Assembly (NCBI GenBank): GCA_009914755.4 | Contig: CP086569.2 | Coordinates: forward strand, 2,912,001 to 2,976,000 | From: the human T2T-CHM13v2.0 reference genome, Homo sapiens | Direction of reading: 5' to 3' | Length of the DNA stretch: 64,000 nucleotides | Part shown: in pieces, positions 9,186 through 24,281 of the stretch | Layout: every line of letters starts with the position of its first letter | Numbering within the stretch: the stretch's first letter is position 1 | Program-made: the position numbers and the translations under genes | The notes under the pieces: model-generated | The model's database searches: none | Told to the model about the DNA's origin: nothing | What the model saw: the letters and a program-made list of their open reading frames with translations, nothing else

Positions 9186-11626
9186 AGTTTGAAAATAAAT
9201 GTCTTAAATTACTACCTAAAAATGCAGAGAAAAAGAAAGCACAAGTGAAAATGTTTATCTTAGACATCAGATATTACATTATGATAAAATGAGCCATTTT
9301 TGTTAAATCATAAGTTGACAATTATAAGTCAGGTAGGGCTGCCATTTCTGGTTGTACATAGAGTTCACTACATAAGTTATTGGCTGCAAACATATATGGG
9401 TATTGAGATCCAGCTCATGCTGGAGTACAGAGTGCTTTGTCCTATGTTATTATGAATCTTAGTCAATCCATAAAGATATGTGACTGCAACGCTATGTAAA
9501 CTAGTGGGGACATATTTTTTCTAACACCCTCACATGTCTGGTGTACCCCAAACATCATAGAAAATAAATGTAAAACACAACTACAACCTTAATTTAGATA
9601 TATTTATGTTTTTCTCTATCCATGCAATATTTGGTGAAAATATCAATCATATGCTTGGCAATAAATAATGTATGTATATTTGAAAATATACATATATGTA
9701 TATTTGAAAGTAATATATATATAATATATAACTGAAAATTATAAAATCCTTACAATATATGATAATAATTCAACACAATCAGAAAACAATAATAAAATAG
9801 CAATAATGAAAAGTGTAAACAAAAAGCATTAACTGTGTGGATATCTGAAACATCCTTATAAAATTTCAATAAAAGAGAATATCAAAAGTGAAATATAAAC
9901 ATATATGTAGCATGAATTGATAAAAACACCTTATATCCAAAGTTATGAAATATAATTCTCAAAGAAAAAATTAAAACTTTATTTTAATTACAAGAAGAAA
10001 CCAAAAAAATAAGAGTTTGCTACTCTCGAGAAATTAGAAAAAAATGACAAAATTAACCAAAAGAAAGAAAAAGGAATTAGTTAACATAATAGATAACATT
10101 AAGTTAATTAAACAGTAAATAAATAAAGAAATATAATGAATTGGATGTGTATGTGGAAATAATTTTCTCTTTTTTATCGTTTAGTAAAATGGATAAATTA
10201 TTTATGAGGAAAAAAGAGCTAAAATAGCTGATTATATAAATGAGAAAAGGCAAGAATCATAACTAGTAATTTAACATTTTTAAGAATTTGATATATGCAC
10301 ATCTATGAAAATAAATTTGGACACCTTTAACAAAAGAATGATTTCCTAGAAAAATATCAATAAAGTTAACTTTAAAAATACTTAAATTCAGCAATTGCCA
10401 CAGCACAGATTAGAAAGTTGATTTATAATTTTCTATTGAAAAGGGAACCACTAAAAGATGTATCTTTTCTATCTAATCTAGAACTGATACTAAAAGATGT
10501 ATCAGTTCCATCTAATCTTTAAAAGGATAGGTTATTGAAATGTTTATTATATTATGAGATGGTAGAAAATGACGAGTAATTCTCTACTATAGTGTATGTG
10601 GTCACAATAAGTTTAATACTAAAAATTTAATATAGTACAGAAATAAAACTATAGGCCAATTTCACTTATCAATATAGATGTAAACTTTTTAAACTACTTA
10701 GTAGATGTAATCCAGCAATATAATGCTGAGTCTCAGAAACTGATAGCCCCAAAGTAATATGATGCTTTGACATGCTGAAGCAGAAGTTTCAAGGTCTCTC
10801 TGACCTTCCACACCTCTACACACCACCCATCTTCCATCACTCCCAAAGCACAGGATAAAGTTAGTCTCCAAAGTTCTATTTTCTGCCTATAGTTCATATT
10901 TCCAAAGAAGAAAACAATTACCTCTGGTCCGTTCCCTGAGTTTCATTAACTGAACTCATATCACAGGAAGAAAAACTGAAGGCTGTCAAAACACCTGCTC
11001 AGACTTTCGTCATAAACCATTGTTTGTTGTATGGGCCCAACAGAGCTTCTGCCATTGGATTTTCCTGAAAAACAAAAATTGCTGCCCTCTGAAAATCATC
11101 CATACTTCCCCATCTTCCTTTTCCCTAAGAAGAATGGATATAAGCATCTGTATGCCATTGGGTGATAGGGTAATCAATCCGTGATTCCCCTCGTCTGCCA
11201 TGTACACTAATACACTTTAAGTCTTCTCTCCTATTAGTCTACCTTTTCTCAGTTGATTCTCAGTGAACTTTTAGAGGGTGAAGGGGAATTTTCCATTTGA
11301 CCCTACAAGTAGAATGTATTTGAGGAATATAAGGGTGATTCAATATTAGATGGTAGCTATTAATCAGCAAAACACATTTTAAAATTTCAGAATAGACTTT
11401 GTCTCAAGAATTTGGCTCTGAAAATCAAGAGTACTGACCTTCAGACTATTTTCTCTGTCATTGACTTTAGAATCTCTATCTTAAAATCATTGCTGAGCAA
11501 TGACTTTTTATTCTTGGCTCTACCTGCACTCTCCCTAAGGGTAATGAATGTTGCTCATTTTATATGTGAAAAAAAGAAAAAAAAATACGAAAGAAGAGTA
11601 TCATCTTAAAATGTCCAGATTCTTTT

Positions 11627-11995
<369 letters not shown>

Positions 11996-12067
11996 TAGTA
12001 CATCCAACTCTCAATTATCTATTCACATGGTAGAGACTGATAACTTGGTCAATAAGAATTTATATAA

Positions 12068-12385
<318 letters not shown>

Positions 12386-12546
12386 TTACAGAGAAATTTT
12401 AACTGAAATTTGATCTAATAAAAGTTTAACATCACGTTAAATTTTTGATATGTGATGCATAAATTTAAATGAAATCAATGGCCTCTGGCAAACACAAATC
12501 TTTCTTTCACTACAGGTTTGTTTTATATCTTCTAGCACTCCATATT

Positions 12547-13700
<1,154 letters not shown>

Positions 13701-13879
13701 CTTCTTGGTCAATTGCATTCCAAAGTCAACCTGAAAAACCAGTTCAGGCCATGATGAGTAGAGAGAGTCAGACATGCCTCAGTGGGCCCTCCTCCCTTTT
13801 GGAATTCAGTACATCTGACCAGCATTAACATCAACACAGAGACTGATAGAACAGACTCTTTAAGTCTGGTAACAAACAT

Positions 13880-14300
13880 TTAATGTTTATTTTTACTGAT
13901 GTCTACTATCAGGAGGCTTCATCTGCGTGATAAAACCTTGGTCCCCATAATGGCTTATCATAACCCAGACACTCTTTTCTATTGATTCCAGGTCTTTAGA
14001 TAATATCTCCTTCAACCAATTGCCAATCAGAAAATATTTGAATCCACCTATGACCTGAAAGCCCCTGCTTCCAGTTGTCCCACCTTTCCAGACCAAACCA
14101 ATGTATGTCTTACATGCATTGATTGATGTCTTATGTCTCTCCAACACGTATAAAACCAAGCTGTAGCCTGGCCACCTTGGGCACATGTTCTTACAGTCTC
14201 CTGAAGACTGTGGCATAAGCCATTGGTCACTCACATTTGGCTCAAAATAAATATCTTCAAATATTTTATAGAGTTTGACTCTTTTTGTCAACAAAACCCT
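13880..14300 (+). mobile_element. Solo LTR-like element, ERV family undetermined.
   Basis: LTR-style promoter block with CCAAT (caattgccaatcag), TATA (cgtataaaacc) and AATAAA (gctcaaaataaata). It sits between two L1 fragments. There is no similarity to MaLR. Confidence 0.35.
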
Positions 14301-14449
14301 AGAAATAATTTTAAAAAGCAACCACCTGAGTTATTGAGAGTGAAAAGAGGCAGAAAGACTCATATAGGGGATGTACCATGGATGAGGGCAGATAGAGAAC
14401 TCAGTTCATGCCTCCAGGGCCTAGGGCTAATTACAGTCTGTAGTATTCC

Positions 14450-16450
14450 ACTGTGAAGGGAAGATGTGAATCTGAGGAAGCCTAAGAGAATGGAGGAATT
14501 TTGGTAGAAAAAGAGCCACAAAGGGGATCCCTAAACATGGTTTACTCACATCTCTATTAAGGCAATTGAAACATTAACGGGCAGACCAGACTCTAATAAA
14601 CCTAAATAAAGACATAAAAACGGAAATTTGAAGGGAGTTGGAAGTACTGGATAAGAATCCATATGTGAAACTAATGAAGCAAATAAAAAAAGAGCCAACC
14701 TACTAAAACAAGAAATAGAATATTCGTTAGAGAAAGATAATTAAAAAATAAAAATAATAATGACAATAAATAAATCCAGAAACTAGACAACTTAACATCT
14801 GTAATATCATATTACCCAATATATGAAGAACCAAGAAAACAGCACACTGTCTTAAAGAAAATAAAATCACAGCTTGGGCAACATAGTGAGATCCTGTCTC
14901 CACAAAATAAAATAATAAGTTAGCTAGGCACGGTGGCACACACATGTATTCCCAGCTGCTCAGGAGGCTGAGGTAGGAGGATTGCTTGAGCCCAGGAGGT
15001 CAAGGCTACAGTGGCTGCAGTAAGCTATGGTTGAGCCACTATTCTCCAGCCTACTTGATAGAGCGAGACCGTGTCTCAAAACAAAACAAACAGAAAAAAA
15101 TCACAGTGAATTCTGACCTTAAGATGAACAACGTATTAAAAGTAACAGACAAGTATTTAAAAATGTCTATTAAGACTATCCTTAGTGAAGCAAAACAAAA
15201 TATTTTTTGACATATAAAAACCTTAGCAAAAAACTAGTCTTAGCAGAGCAATCACTTGAAATAAAAAAGTAGTTATAAGTTAGCATACTAATAGAGAAAA
15301 GAGAATTCCATAAATTGCTCAATTAAAACAAGAGAAGCCAGAAAATAAATGAAAAATTAAATAAATACATAAATGGACAATAAATAGAAAACATATAGAT
15401 AATTCAACTATACCAATAATTACTTTAAATGTTAAAGGTCTAAATGCACCAATTAAAGAACAGAAAATGTCAGATTTAATAAAGAAAAAATGACCAGCAT
15501 ATATATTGCCTACAAGAAATCCACTTGAAATATGAAAACAGATAAATTGAAAGTTAAAAAATTGAGAAAGATATACAATGCTGAAATACTCACAGGAAAT
15601 ATGGAGTAGTTATAATAACAAAGCAGGCTTCAGTGCATGGAAAATTATCAGCGATAATGTGGGGCATTACATAAACAGATCAATCTTCCAAGAAGACATG
15701 ATAATCCTCAATGTGTATGCACCTAAGAAAAATGTGTCAAAACACATAAGATCAAACTGGTAGAACTGCAAGGTGAAATAGAAAAAATCATTATTGTATG
15801 TGGAGACACAAACACAAAATCAGTGGAACACAGAAATAGACACTTCTTTGATCAGAACAACACTATAGTTACTTGGATTTAGTTGATATTTAAATAGCAT
15901 ACATCTGGTAAGTATGGTATATATTATTTCTAAGTACACGTGTTTTATTTTATTAGTATAGATCATATACTGGCAATGAAACAAGGATCAATAAATGTAA
16001 AAAGATTAAAATCTGAAAGAGTCTATTATTTTGCCAAAATGAAATAAATTAGAAATGAATTATAATATAAAAAGAAAAACTGCAATTATTTGAAAATTAA
16101 AGAACACAATTTTAAATAATCTCTGGGTGAAAGAATAAATCAAACAAATAAATTAGGAAGTATTTTGAAATGACAAAATCATAATAAAATGTATTTAAAA
16201 TTTGTGGAATGCAACTAAAACAGCACTTGTTAGGAATTTTCTAGCTTTAAATGCCTATATAAGAAAAGAATAATAATAAAAGTATTAAAAACCAGTGATC
16301 TAAAATTCCACCTTGAAAAATTAGAAAAGAATCACAAATTAAACAAACAAAAAAGAATATTAAAAAGGGGCATAGATCAATGAACTAGAAAACAAGCAAA
16401 AGCAATACAGAAAACCAATGAAACCAAAAGATGGTTCCTTTAAAAATGAA
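14450..16450 (+). mobile_element. Old L1 (L1M-like) fragment spanning the ORF1 end, ORF2 endonuclease domain and start of RT, interrupted by an Alu.
   Basis: 15400-15760 encodes ITLNVKGLNAPIK...ILNVYAPKKN..., matching the L1 ORF2 EN N-terminus (ITLNVNGLNSPIKR...ILNIYAPNTGAP), with stops. Confidence 0.65.
14869..15100 (+). mobile_element. Alu, 5'-truncated, nested in the L1M fragment.
   Basis: cagcttgggcaacatagtgagatcctgtctc...ctgaggtaggaggattgcttgagcccaggaggtcaaggctacagtg...gagcgagaccgtgtctcaaaacaaaacaaac. Confidence 0.85.
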
Positions 16451-18340
16451 TTAAATTTATATCTCCTCAATATCAGAAAATATTGATTTTTCTGTTATTT
16501 TCTCTCTAGGTGAAACTTTATGTCCTATTTTCCTTTCACTTCACTATAATCCCTTGGGTAAGTGAGTAAGGGTGTAAGAAAAATACTGGCTTTAAAAAAC
16601 TTAAAATATAAAATATTTCAGAAATATTATGCTCGTTGAACTAGTATTTGCTTGTGTAAGTACAGAAAATGATACATACCAAAAAGTTAATTTTAGTAAT
16701 CTTGGCAGGAGAGCATTGGAAGTTAGAGAAGCTATTGGCACCGCTAGTATATGACCTTTATACATCTCTTTATGTTTTCAATGGCTACAACAAGCATACA
16801 GTACTTTCATAGTTTAAAAGTATAAAATTAAATACATATATGCATATATTCTAATTTTATAGTTTAATGCGTTAACATTAAACATAATAATTAGACTTTA
16901 AGGAAGCTTAAGCTATGAAGATTAAAATGTTAAAGATTAATGATCACATGAAAAAATATCTGAGTGAAAACTATTATGTGAAAGTCATCAAAACAAATAG
17001 ACAATAAATTATTATGCTATTTTCTTAAAATACTTTTTATCTGTGACTCTCAGATTTAAAAAAAGCAGGAAATAGTCATTTGAATTTTAACTTAGTTAAC
17101 CTAAAATTTCTCTTGGGATAAATTGTAAATGAACTGTGGCTGTTTTAACTGTAAATAAAACAAAAGACATTTATAAATCTAAGTTTTTTTCTAATTAAAT
17201 GACAATAGAAGATACAGTAAAAAGATAAATTATAAAATACTATATTAGTTGGACAAACCAGGTTTTGTTAAAATAGATGTAAATATTTATCAAATATCAT
17301 AAGCTAAAAAAGGAATGATAATATTAAAACTGGAGAAAACTAGTATATATAAAATGTTGATTAATATTTTTAAGAAAAAAAGTTGCCTAATTTCTCTGAC
17401 TTTTCCTTTTTTAGACTCCAACTTGTGTCAGCTAGAATACATAGCTGACCCTCATCCAGTTGAAATTGTTTGCTAAGCATGAGAGCATATTGCATCTTTG
17501 AAGGTTGAATTTTTGTTTCTGCAAGGAAACACAACTTTTAGTTTGACATTCTTATTCTAAAAACACAATTTATTCAATAACAATATCAAGGTTGGTAATT
17601 TAACCACCATGCTTTTCTTTACTACATAGTTTTTTTTTGCTTTACAAACATTGAAGTATTTTACAAACATTAAGTATGTTAAAAACAAACACCCAGTATA
17701 TAACCTACTTTTTATATTGTCTTTTGGAGAATTTGTATGCATGGCTGGAAAGGTTGCAATTCTTCATGTATATATTTAGTGAAGTTTGGTATGCATTTGT
17801 ATTTTTACCCAATAGCAAATATAGGGATATTTCATAGTTCCAAGGATCTTCAAATGGCATTCAAGTTTAGAACTATATAATTTAAAAATATTATTATTTA
17901 GTGTGCAGGAATGACTGAATACTATATAATGTTAATGCTGTGGAAAGTTAAATATTTATGGAACCATTGATATCTATATTTTCCTCACTTACCAATTTAT
18001 TCAGCATGGTCTCGGGGAAGTTTCAGTTAGGCAACAGGGTTCTAGTTTTAGGGCATTGAGGTTAAGTTTTCTTAATGAAAAGAAACGTAATAAAAGTGGA
18101 AGCATACACAAAGAACTATCTAAGTTAGGAAACATCTGTACTATTTTGTGTTTCTGCTATATTTTATGTATAATTGCTTAAAATTCACCTATGAGAAAGG
18201 TATATGTTAGAACAATAAAGTGCATCTCAGGTAACCATTTCAAACTTACAAAATGTGAAGACATTTTTCAAGAAGGAAAGTGTTTAAAGTCTTGTCAATC
18301 CAGTTCTTACAAAACTAGGAAAATTATAGGAAGCATCTTA

Positions 18341-18722
18341 TTTTTTTTTTATTTTTTTATTTTTTTTTGAGACAGAGTCTCACTTTGTTGCCCAGGCTGG
18401 AGGGCAGTGGCGAGATCTCGGCTCACTGCAACTTCCTCCCCCTGTGTTTAAGTGATTCTCCTGCCTCAGCCTCCCCAGTGGCGAGATCTCGGCTCACTGC
18501 AACTTCCTCCCCCTGTGTTTAAGTGATTCTCCTGCCTCAGCCTCCCCAAGTAGCTGGGACTACGGGAGCACACCACCATGCCTGGCTAATTTTTGTATTT
18601 TTGGTAGACACGGGGTTTTCCATGTTGCCTAGGCTGGTCTCAAAATCCTGACCTCAGGTGATCTGCCCACCTCGGCCTCCCAAAGTGCTGGGATTACAGG
18701 CATTAGCCACCATGCCCAGCCA
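18341..18722 (-). mobile_element. Alu carrying an internal 62-bp tandem duplication.
   Basis: Poly-T followed by the Alu reverse complement. The segment gtggcgagatctcggctcactgcaacttcctccccctgtgtttaagtgattctcctgcctcagcctcccca occurs twice back to back (18416-18477 and 18478-18539). Confidence 0.9.
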
Positions 18723-18911
18723 AGCTTCTTCTATAAAACTTTTCTTGGCAGTATTATTTTTGCCTTATCAATATAAGGAACCCTGCCATTTAAATAAACA
18801 TAAAAGTAAATGAAGTCAAGAAAAATATAAATGTATTAATGGCCTTATTATTTTTAGTTCAAATAACTTTAAGTGCTTTCTTACACTAACATACACATTT
18901 ATACACATACA

Positions 18912-19330
18912 CTGTATTAGTCCATTCTCACATTACTATAAAGTAATACCTGAGACTGGGTAATTTATTTTAAGAGAAGTGGTTTAATTGGCTCATGATT
19001 CTGCAGGCTGTACAGGAAGTGTAGTGGTTTCTGCTTCTAGGGAGGCCTCAGGAAGCCTCCAATTATGGCAGAAGGCAAAGGGGCAGCAAGGCATCCCATG
19101 GCCACAGCAACAAGAGAGAGAGCGGGAAGTGGAGAGGTACTACACACTTTTAAACAACCAGATCTCGTGAGAACTCACTATCATAAGAACAGCACCAAGG
19201 GGGTGGTGCTAAACCTTTCATGAGGAACAGCTCTATGATCCAATCACTTCCCACCAAGCCCTACCTCCAACATTGAGGATTACAATTCAACCTGAGATTT
19301 GGGAGGGGACACAGATCCAAACCATATCAT
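18912..19330 (-). mobile_element. MaLR solo LTR (THE1/MST-like).
   Basis: ctgtattagtccattctcacattactataaagtaatacctgagactgggtaatttatt...caacctgagatttgggaggggacacagatccaaaccatatca is the reverse complement of the THE1 LTR consensus (TGATATGGTTTGGCTGTGTCCCCACCCAAATCTCA...AATACAG). Confidence 0.85.
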
Positions 19331-20341
19331 ATACACTGGTATAGTTTACATACACACATTAACCCTACTCTGCAAATGACTTGAAAATAATGGCATCAGT
19401 GAATCTTTACATCTATACACTCTATTTCTATATACATTATAGGGAAGTATTCTCCCCTACAAAACAGTGATCAGTTTACTGATAAATGACTCCTATAACT
19501 ATTAAAGTGATTATTAATTAAAATTTTAAAAGCACTTCATATTTTCCAAATAATTCTCTAGGATTTCCCTTTCATATTCTTCTAAACCATGTTGGAAGTA
19601 GTCTTTCATTCATGTTTAACCTCTCTAGGAACAATTTAAAAAACCTCCAAAAACTAATATTTTAAGGTTATCTCAAATCACATATGCATAGAAACAGTCT
19701 TATCTCTTTGTGTAATTTTTTCTTCTATTAGGAAATGTCATTTTTTTAAAAGTGAAATTACATTCTGGATATTTTATATTACATATAGTTTAATAAGGGT
19801 CTGGTGATGTTATATATCAAATTCATCAAAAAAGAAATCTAAAAGCTTAACTTCTTAATATATTTTCCTCTCAATGTTTCATTTTTCTTTTTTTATAATC
19901 TCTCTTTTTACACATCAGATCTCACCCTTTTTCACCTTTTTCACATGGCTTTTTACGTCTTTATGTGAATAGAGTTACTGGATTATGCAAATTTTGAGTA
20001 TATGCCAACTAAGATTAAATATGTGATTGAAACTCTCTTTGAATAGACTAAGTTTTCACCAACAAAATATATCATAACTATTTTATCCACTGAGATCAAA
20101 TAGTGTATCCTTAAAATATATAGACATTTATTATTGTCTATTTACTCAGCTTTATTATAAGTATATTTTGAATGAAAACTATTTTCCATGGTGAAAGAAA
20201 TTTTATCTGCCTTGACCTCTATCAAATTCTCAGAACAGAGAACACTCATGTAATCTGTTGACATGAAAGGACAAAAGAGTAGAGAAAATAGATTCAAAAG
20301 TTCAATGAGTAGCAAAAAATATGCTTACCACTCTAAAGCAG

Positions 20342-22620
20342 CCCATTCTTATACTGCTATGAAGAAACATCTGAGACTGGGTAATTTATAAAGAAAAGAA
20401 GTTTAATTGACTCACAGTTTTGCTGGCTGGGAAGGCCTCAGGAATCTTACAATCATGGTGGAAGACACATCTTCACAGGGTGGCAGGAGAGAGAATGAGT
20501 GCTGAGTGAAGGGGGAAGCCCCTTAAAAAATCATAAGATCTCATGAGAACTCACTCACCATCATGAAAACAGCATGGGGGTAACTACCCCCATGATTGAA
20601 TTATCTCCACATGGTCCCGCCCTTGACATATGAGGATTATGACACTTCAAGGTGAGATTTGGGTGCGGAAACAGAGCCAAACCATATCACTCTGCCCCTA
20701 GCCCCTCCAAAATATCATGTCCTCACATTTGAAAACACAATCATGCCCTTCCAATAGTCCCCCCAAATCTTAATCCATTCCAGCATTAACCCAAAAGTCC
20801 AAGTCCAAAGTCTCATCTGAGACAAGGCAAGTCCCTACTGCCTATGAGCCTGTAAAATCAAAAGCAAATTAGTAACTTCCTAGATACAATGGGGGTACAG
20901 CAGTGGGATAAACACACCCATTCCAAATGGGAGAAATTGGCCTAAGCAAAGGGGTACAGGCCCCCATGGAAGTCTGAAATCCAACAAGGCAGTCAATAAA
21001 GTTCCAAAATGATCTCCTTTGACTCCATGTCTCACATCCAGTTCATGCTGATGCAAGAGGTGGGCTCTCATGACCTTGGGCAGCTCCTCCCCTGTGACTT
21101 TGCTTGGTACAGTCCCACTCGTGGCTGCTTTCACAGGCTAGCATTGAGTGTCTGCAGCTTTTCCAGGTTCATGGTGTAAACTGTTGGTGGATCTACCATT
21201 CTGGGGTCTGGAGGATGGTGGCCATCTTCTCACAGGTCCATTATGCAGTACCCCAGGGGGACTTTGTGTGGGGGCTCCAACCCCACATTTCCCTTTGCAG
21301 TGCCCTAGCAGAGGTTACCCATGAGGGCTCTGCCCCCACAGAAAACTTCTGCCTGGACATCCAGGCATTTACACACATCCTCTGAAATTTAAGCAGAGGT
21401 TCCCAAACCTCAGTTCTTGACATCTTTGCACATGCAGGCTCAACACCAAAGGAAGCTGCCAAGGCTTGAGGCTTGCATCCCCTGACGCAATGGCCTGAGT
21501 TGTACCTTGGCACCTTTTAGCCATGCTGCAGCAGATGAGACACAGCACCAAATCCTGAGGCTTCACACTGCAGGGGGAATCTGGACCTGGTCCAGGAAAT
21601 CACTTTTCCCTCCTAGGCCTCCAGGCCTGTGATGAGAGGGGCTTCCCTGAAGGTCTCTGGCATGTCCTGGAGACATTTTCCCTATTGTCTTGGCAATTAG
21701 CATTTGGCTCCTCATTACTTATGCAAATTTATGCAGCTGCCTTAAATTTCTCCCTAGTAAATAGTTTATTCTTTTCTATCACATTGTCAAACTGCAAATT
21801 TTCCAAACTTTTATGCTCTGCTTCCTCTTGAATGTTTTGCCACTTAGAAATTTATTCTGCCAGATACCCTAAATCATCTCTCTCAAGTTCAAAGTTCTAC
21901 AGATATCTAGGGTAGGGGCAAGATGCCACCAGTCTCTTTGCATAGCAGGAATGACCTTTGCTCCAGTCCCCAACAAGTTCCTCATCTCCATCTGAGACCA
22001 CCTCAGCATGGACTTCATTGTCCATATCACTATCAGCATTTTGGTCAAAGCCATTCAACAAGTCTCTAGGAAGTTTCAACCTTTCCCACATCGTCCTGTC
22101 TTCTGAGCCCTCCAAGTCTCTAGGAAGTTCCAAACTTTCCCATGTTTTCCTGTCTTCTTCTGAGCCCTCCAAACTGTTTCAACCTCTGCCTGTTACCCAG
22201 TTCTGAAGTTGCTTCGACATTTTCAGTTATCCTTATAGCAGCAACCCACTCCCTTGGTACCAATTTACTGTATTAGTCTATTCTCATGCTGCTATGAACA
22301 CCCAAGACTGAGTAATTTATAAAGAAAGGAGTTTTAATTTACTCACAATTCCACATGTCTGGGGAAGCCTCAAGAAACTTACAATCATGGCAGAAGGTAC
22401 CTCTTCACAGGGTGGCAGGAGATAGAATGAGTGCTGAGCAAAGTGGGGAGCCCTTTATAAAACCATTAGATCTCATGAGAACTCACTCACTATCATGGGA
22501 GCAGCATAGGAAACCACCCCCATGATTCAATTATCTCCACTTGGTCCTGACCTTGACACATGGGGATTATTACAATTCAAGGTGAGATTTGGGTGGGGAC
22601 ACAGAGCCAAACCATATTAC
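20342..22620 (-). mobile_element. Full-length MaLR element (LTR-internal-LTR): 3' LTR at about 20342-20689, internal 20690-22268, 5' LTR 22269-22620.
   Basis: Two same-orientation MaLR LTRs (...gggtaatttataaagaaa...ggtgagatttgggtg(c/g)gga(a/c)acagagccaaaccatat) flank an internal sequence typical of THE1/MST-int. That internal region contains a tandem 63-bp repeat encoding LPRDLEGSED... Confidence 0.8.
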
Positions 22621-24008
22621 ACCCCTTTAATGCCTTCCAGTCTTCAGTAAGATGAAGACTCTTAGAGAAATACAAAGCAAACAAAACGAAACAGTCATTA
22701 TTTTTGAAGGTTCTATGGCATAAAGTGTCCTTAGGAAATATTCCGTTTTCTGTTAGAGTAAGAAGAAGGAATATAACAAAGGAGGTTAGGAATATAGGAG
22801 ATTTTAAGGATGATAAAATGTTAGTATCAAAAAGCAGAAAGATGAGGCTTCCAGAGTTAGGGAAAGGTATCAGAAAGAAACACAGTAAGAGCCATGCATA
22901 ATCTTATTGGATAAAGGTATGAGAGGTGTCCAGAGACTGGAAAACTAGGGCCTCTTACAGTGACCAGTATTAACAGAAATAAAAGTCATTATAAAGAGTC
23001 AGTTATGATGGGATTCCAGGAAGTCAATGGTGGAGAATCTGTGGATTTTGCAAATATGAAATGGTTTATTTCTTTATTTTCCTCTTTATTCATGATGACT
23101 TGGGTTAGAAGGCCAAGAGGAGACATTAATAAGGAAGGAATATTAAAATTTATTCAGGAAATATTTCTAACTCTCTTATCCCTTGATCTTATTATTTTCT
23201 ATTAGAAGCCAAATGATTCAATTACTGTTTACATATTCACTATTAACTGGTTAGCTCTTTTCAGTTTGTTAATAAAATACTAATAATAAGGGTGTGACAT
23301 AAAAATGTTTTTTCACTTATTGTCTTTGGGTTTACTCTTTTAAAATATGTAACAGCTATTTATTTAGATTATAAACTAGTGTGTTAGCTTTTTCTTTTAT
23401 TGAATATTATATTTCAATATAGTTTGGATGTTTGTCTCCTCCAAGTCTCATGTTATAATGTAATCCCCAAGGTGGGAGGTGTGGTGTGGTGGAAGGTGAT
23501 TGGATCCTGGGGGCAGATCCCTGACAAATGGCTTAGTGCCATCCCCTTGGTGATGAATGAGTACACATGAGAGCTGATTGTTTAAAAGACTCTGGCCCCG
23601 TCCTCTCACTCCCTCTCTCTCGCTATTCTTGCTATGTGACATGCCTGCTCCCACTTTGCCTTCCACCATGATTGTAAGGTTCCTGAGACCCTCAACGAAA
23701 ACAGATGCTGGAGCCATTTTGGTACAGACTGCTGAACCACGAGCTAATTAAACCTCTTCTCTTTATAAATTATGCAGTCTCAGGTATTTTTTATAGCAAT
23801 GCAAAAATGGTCGAACCCAGAAATACGGTTCTAAGGAGTGAGGCGTTGTTATAAAGATACATTAAAATGGGGAAGCAGCTTTTGAACTGAGTAATAGACA
23901 GAGGTGGGAAGAGACCAGAGGACTCAGAAGAAGACATAAAGGTGAGAAAATGTTTGGACCTTCTTAGAGACTAGTTAAATAGTTGTGACCAAAATGTTGA
24001 TAGTGGGT

Positions 24009-24281
24009 TGGGCCCGGTGGCTTACACTTGTAATCCCAGGATTTTGGGGGGCCTCAGTGGGTGGATCACTTGAGGTCAGGAATTTAAAAAAAATACAAAA
24101 AATTAGCTGCGCATGGTGGTGGGTGCCTATAATGCCAGCTACTTGGGAGGCTGAGGTAGGGGGGAATCACTTGAACCGGGGAAGTGGAGGTTTCAAGTGA
24201 GCCGAGAGTGTGCCACTGCACTCCAGCCTGGGTGACAGAGGAAAACTCTGTCTCAAAATAAAAATAAAAATAAAAATAAAC
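24009..24281 (+). mobile_element. Alu nested in the MaLR internal region.
   Basis: gggcccggtggcttacacttgtaatcccagg...gccactgcactccagcctgggtgacagaggaaaactctgtctcaaaataaaaataaaaat. Confidence 0.9.

Noticed and set aside
9190..11000. AT-rich 1.8-kb block with L1-like oligomers and a 35-bp imperfect direct repeat (10440-10530).
   Set aside because: I could not anchor it to any L1 ORF or consensus by eye. It is left unannotated rather than called L1M.
13893..14321. 142-aa minus-strand ORF.
   Set aside because: It lies antisense inside an LTR-like element. It has no recognisable domain and its composition is typical of chance ORFs in repeats.
16450..18300. Possible additional L1 ORF2-like stretch.
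   Set aside because: Only vague compositional resemblance, with no convincing protein-level match, so it is not called.
21897..22172. 91-aa ORF with an internally repeated peptide (LPRDLEGSED...).
   Set aside because: It is caused by a 63-bp tandem repeat in MaLR internal sequence, with no protein homology.
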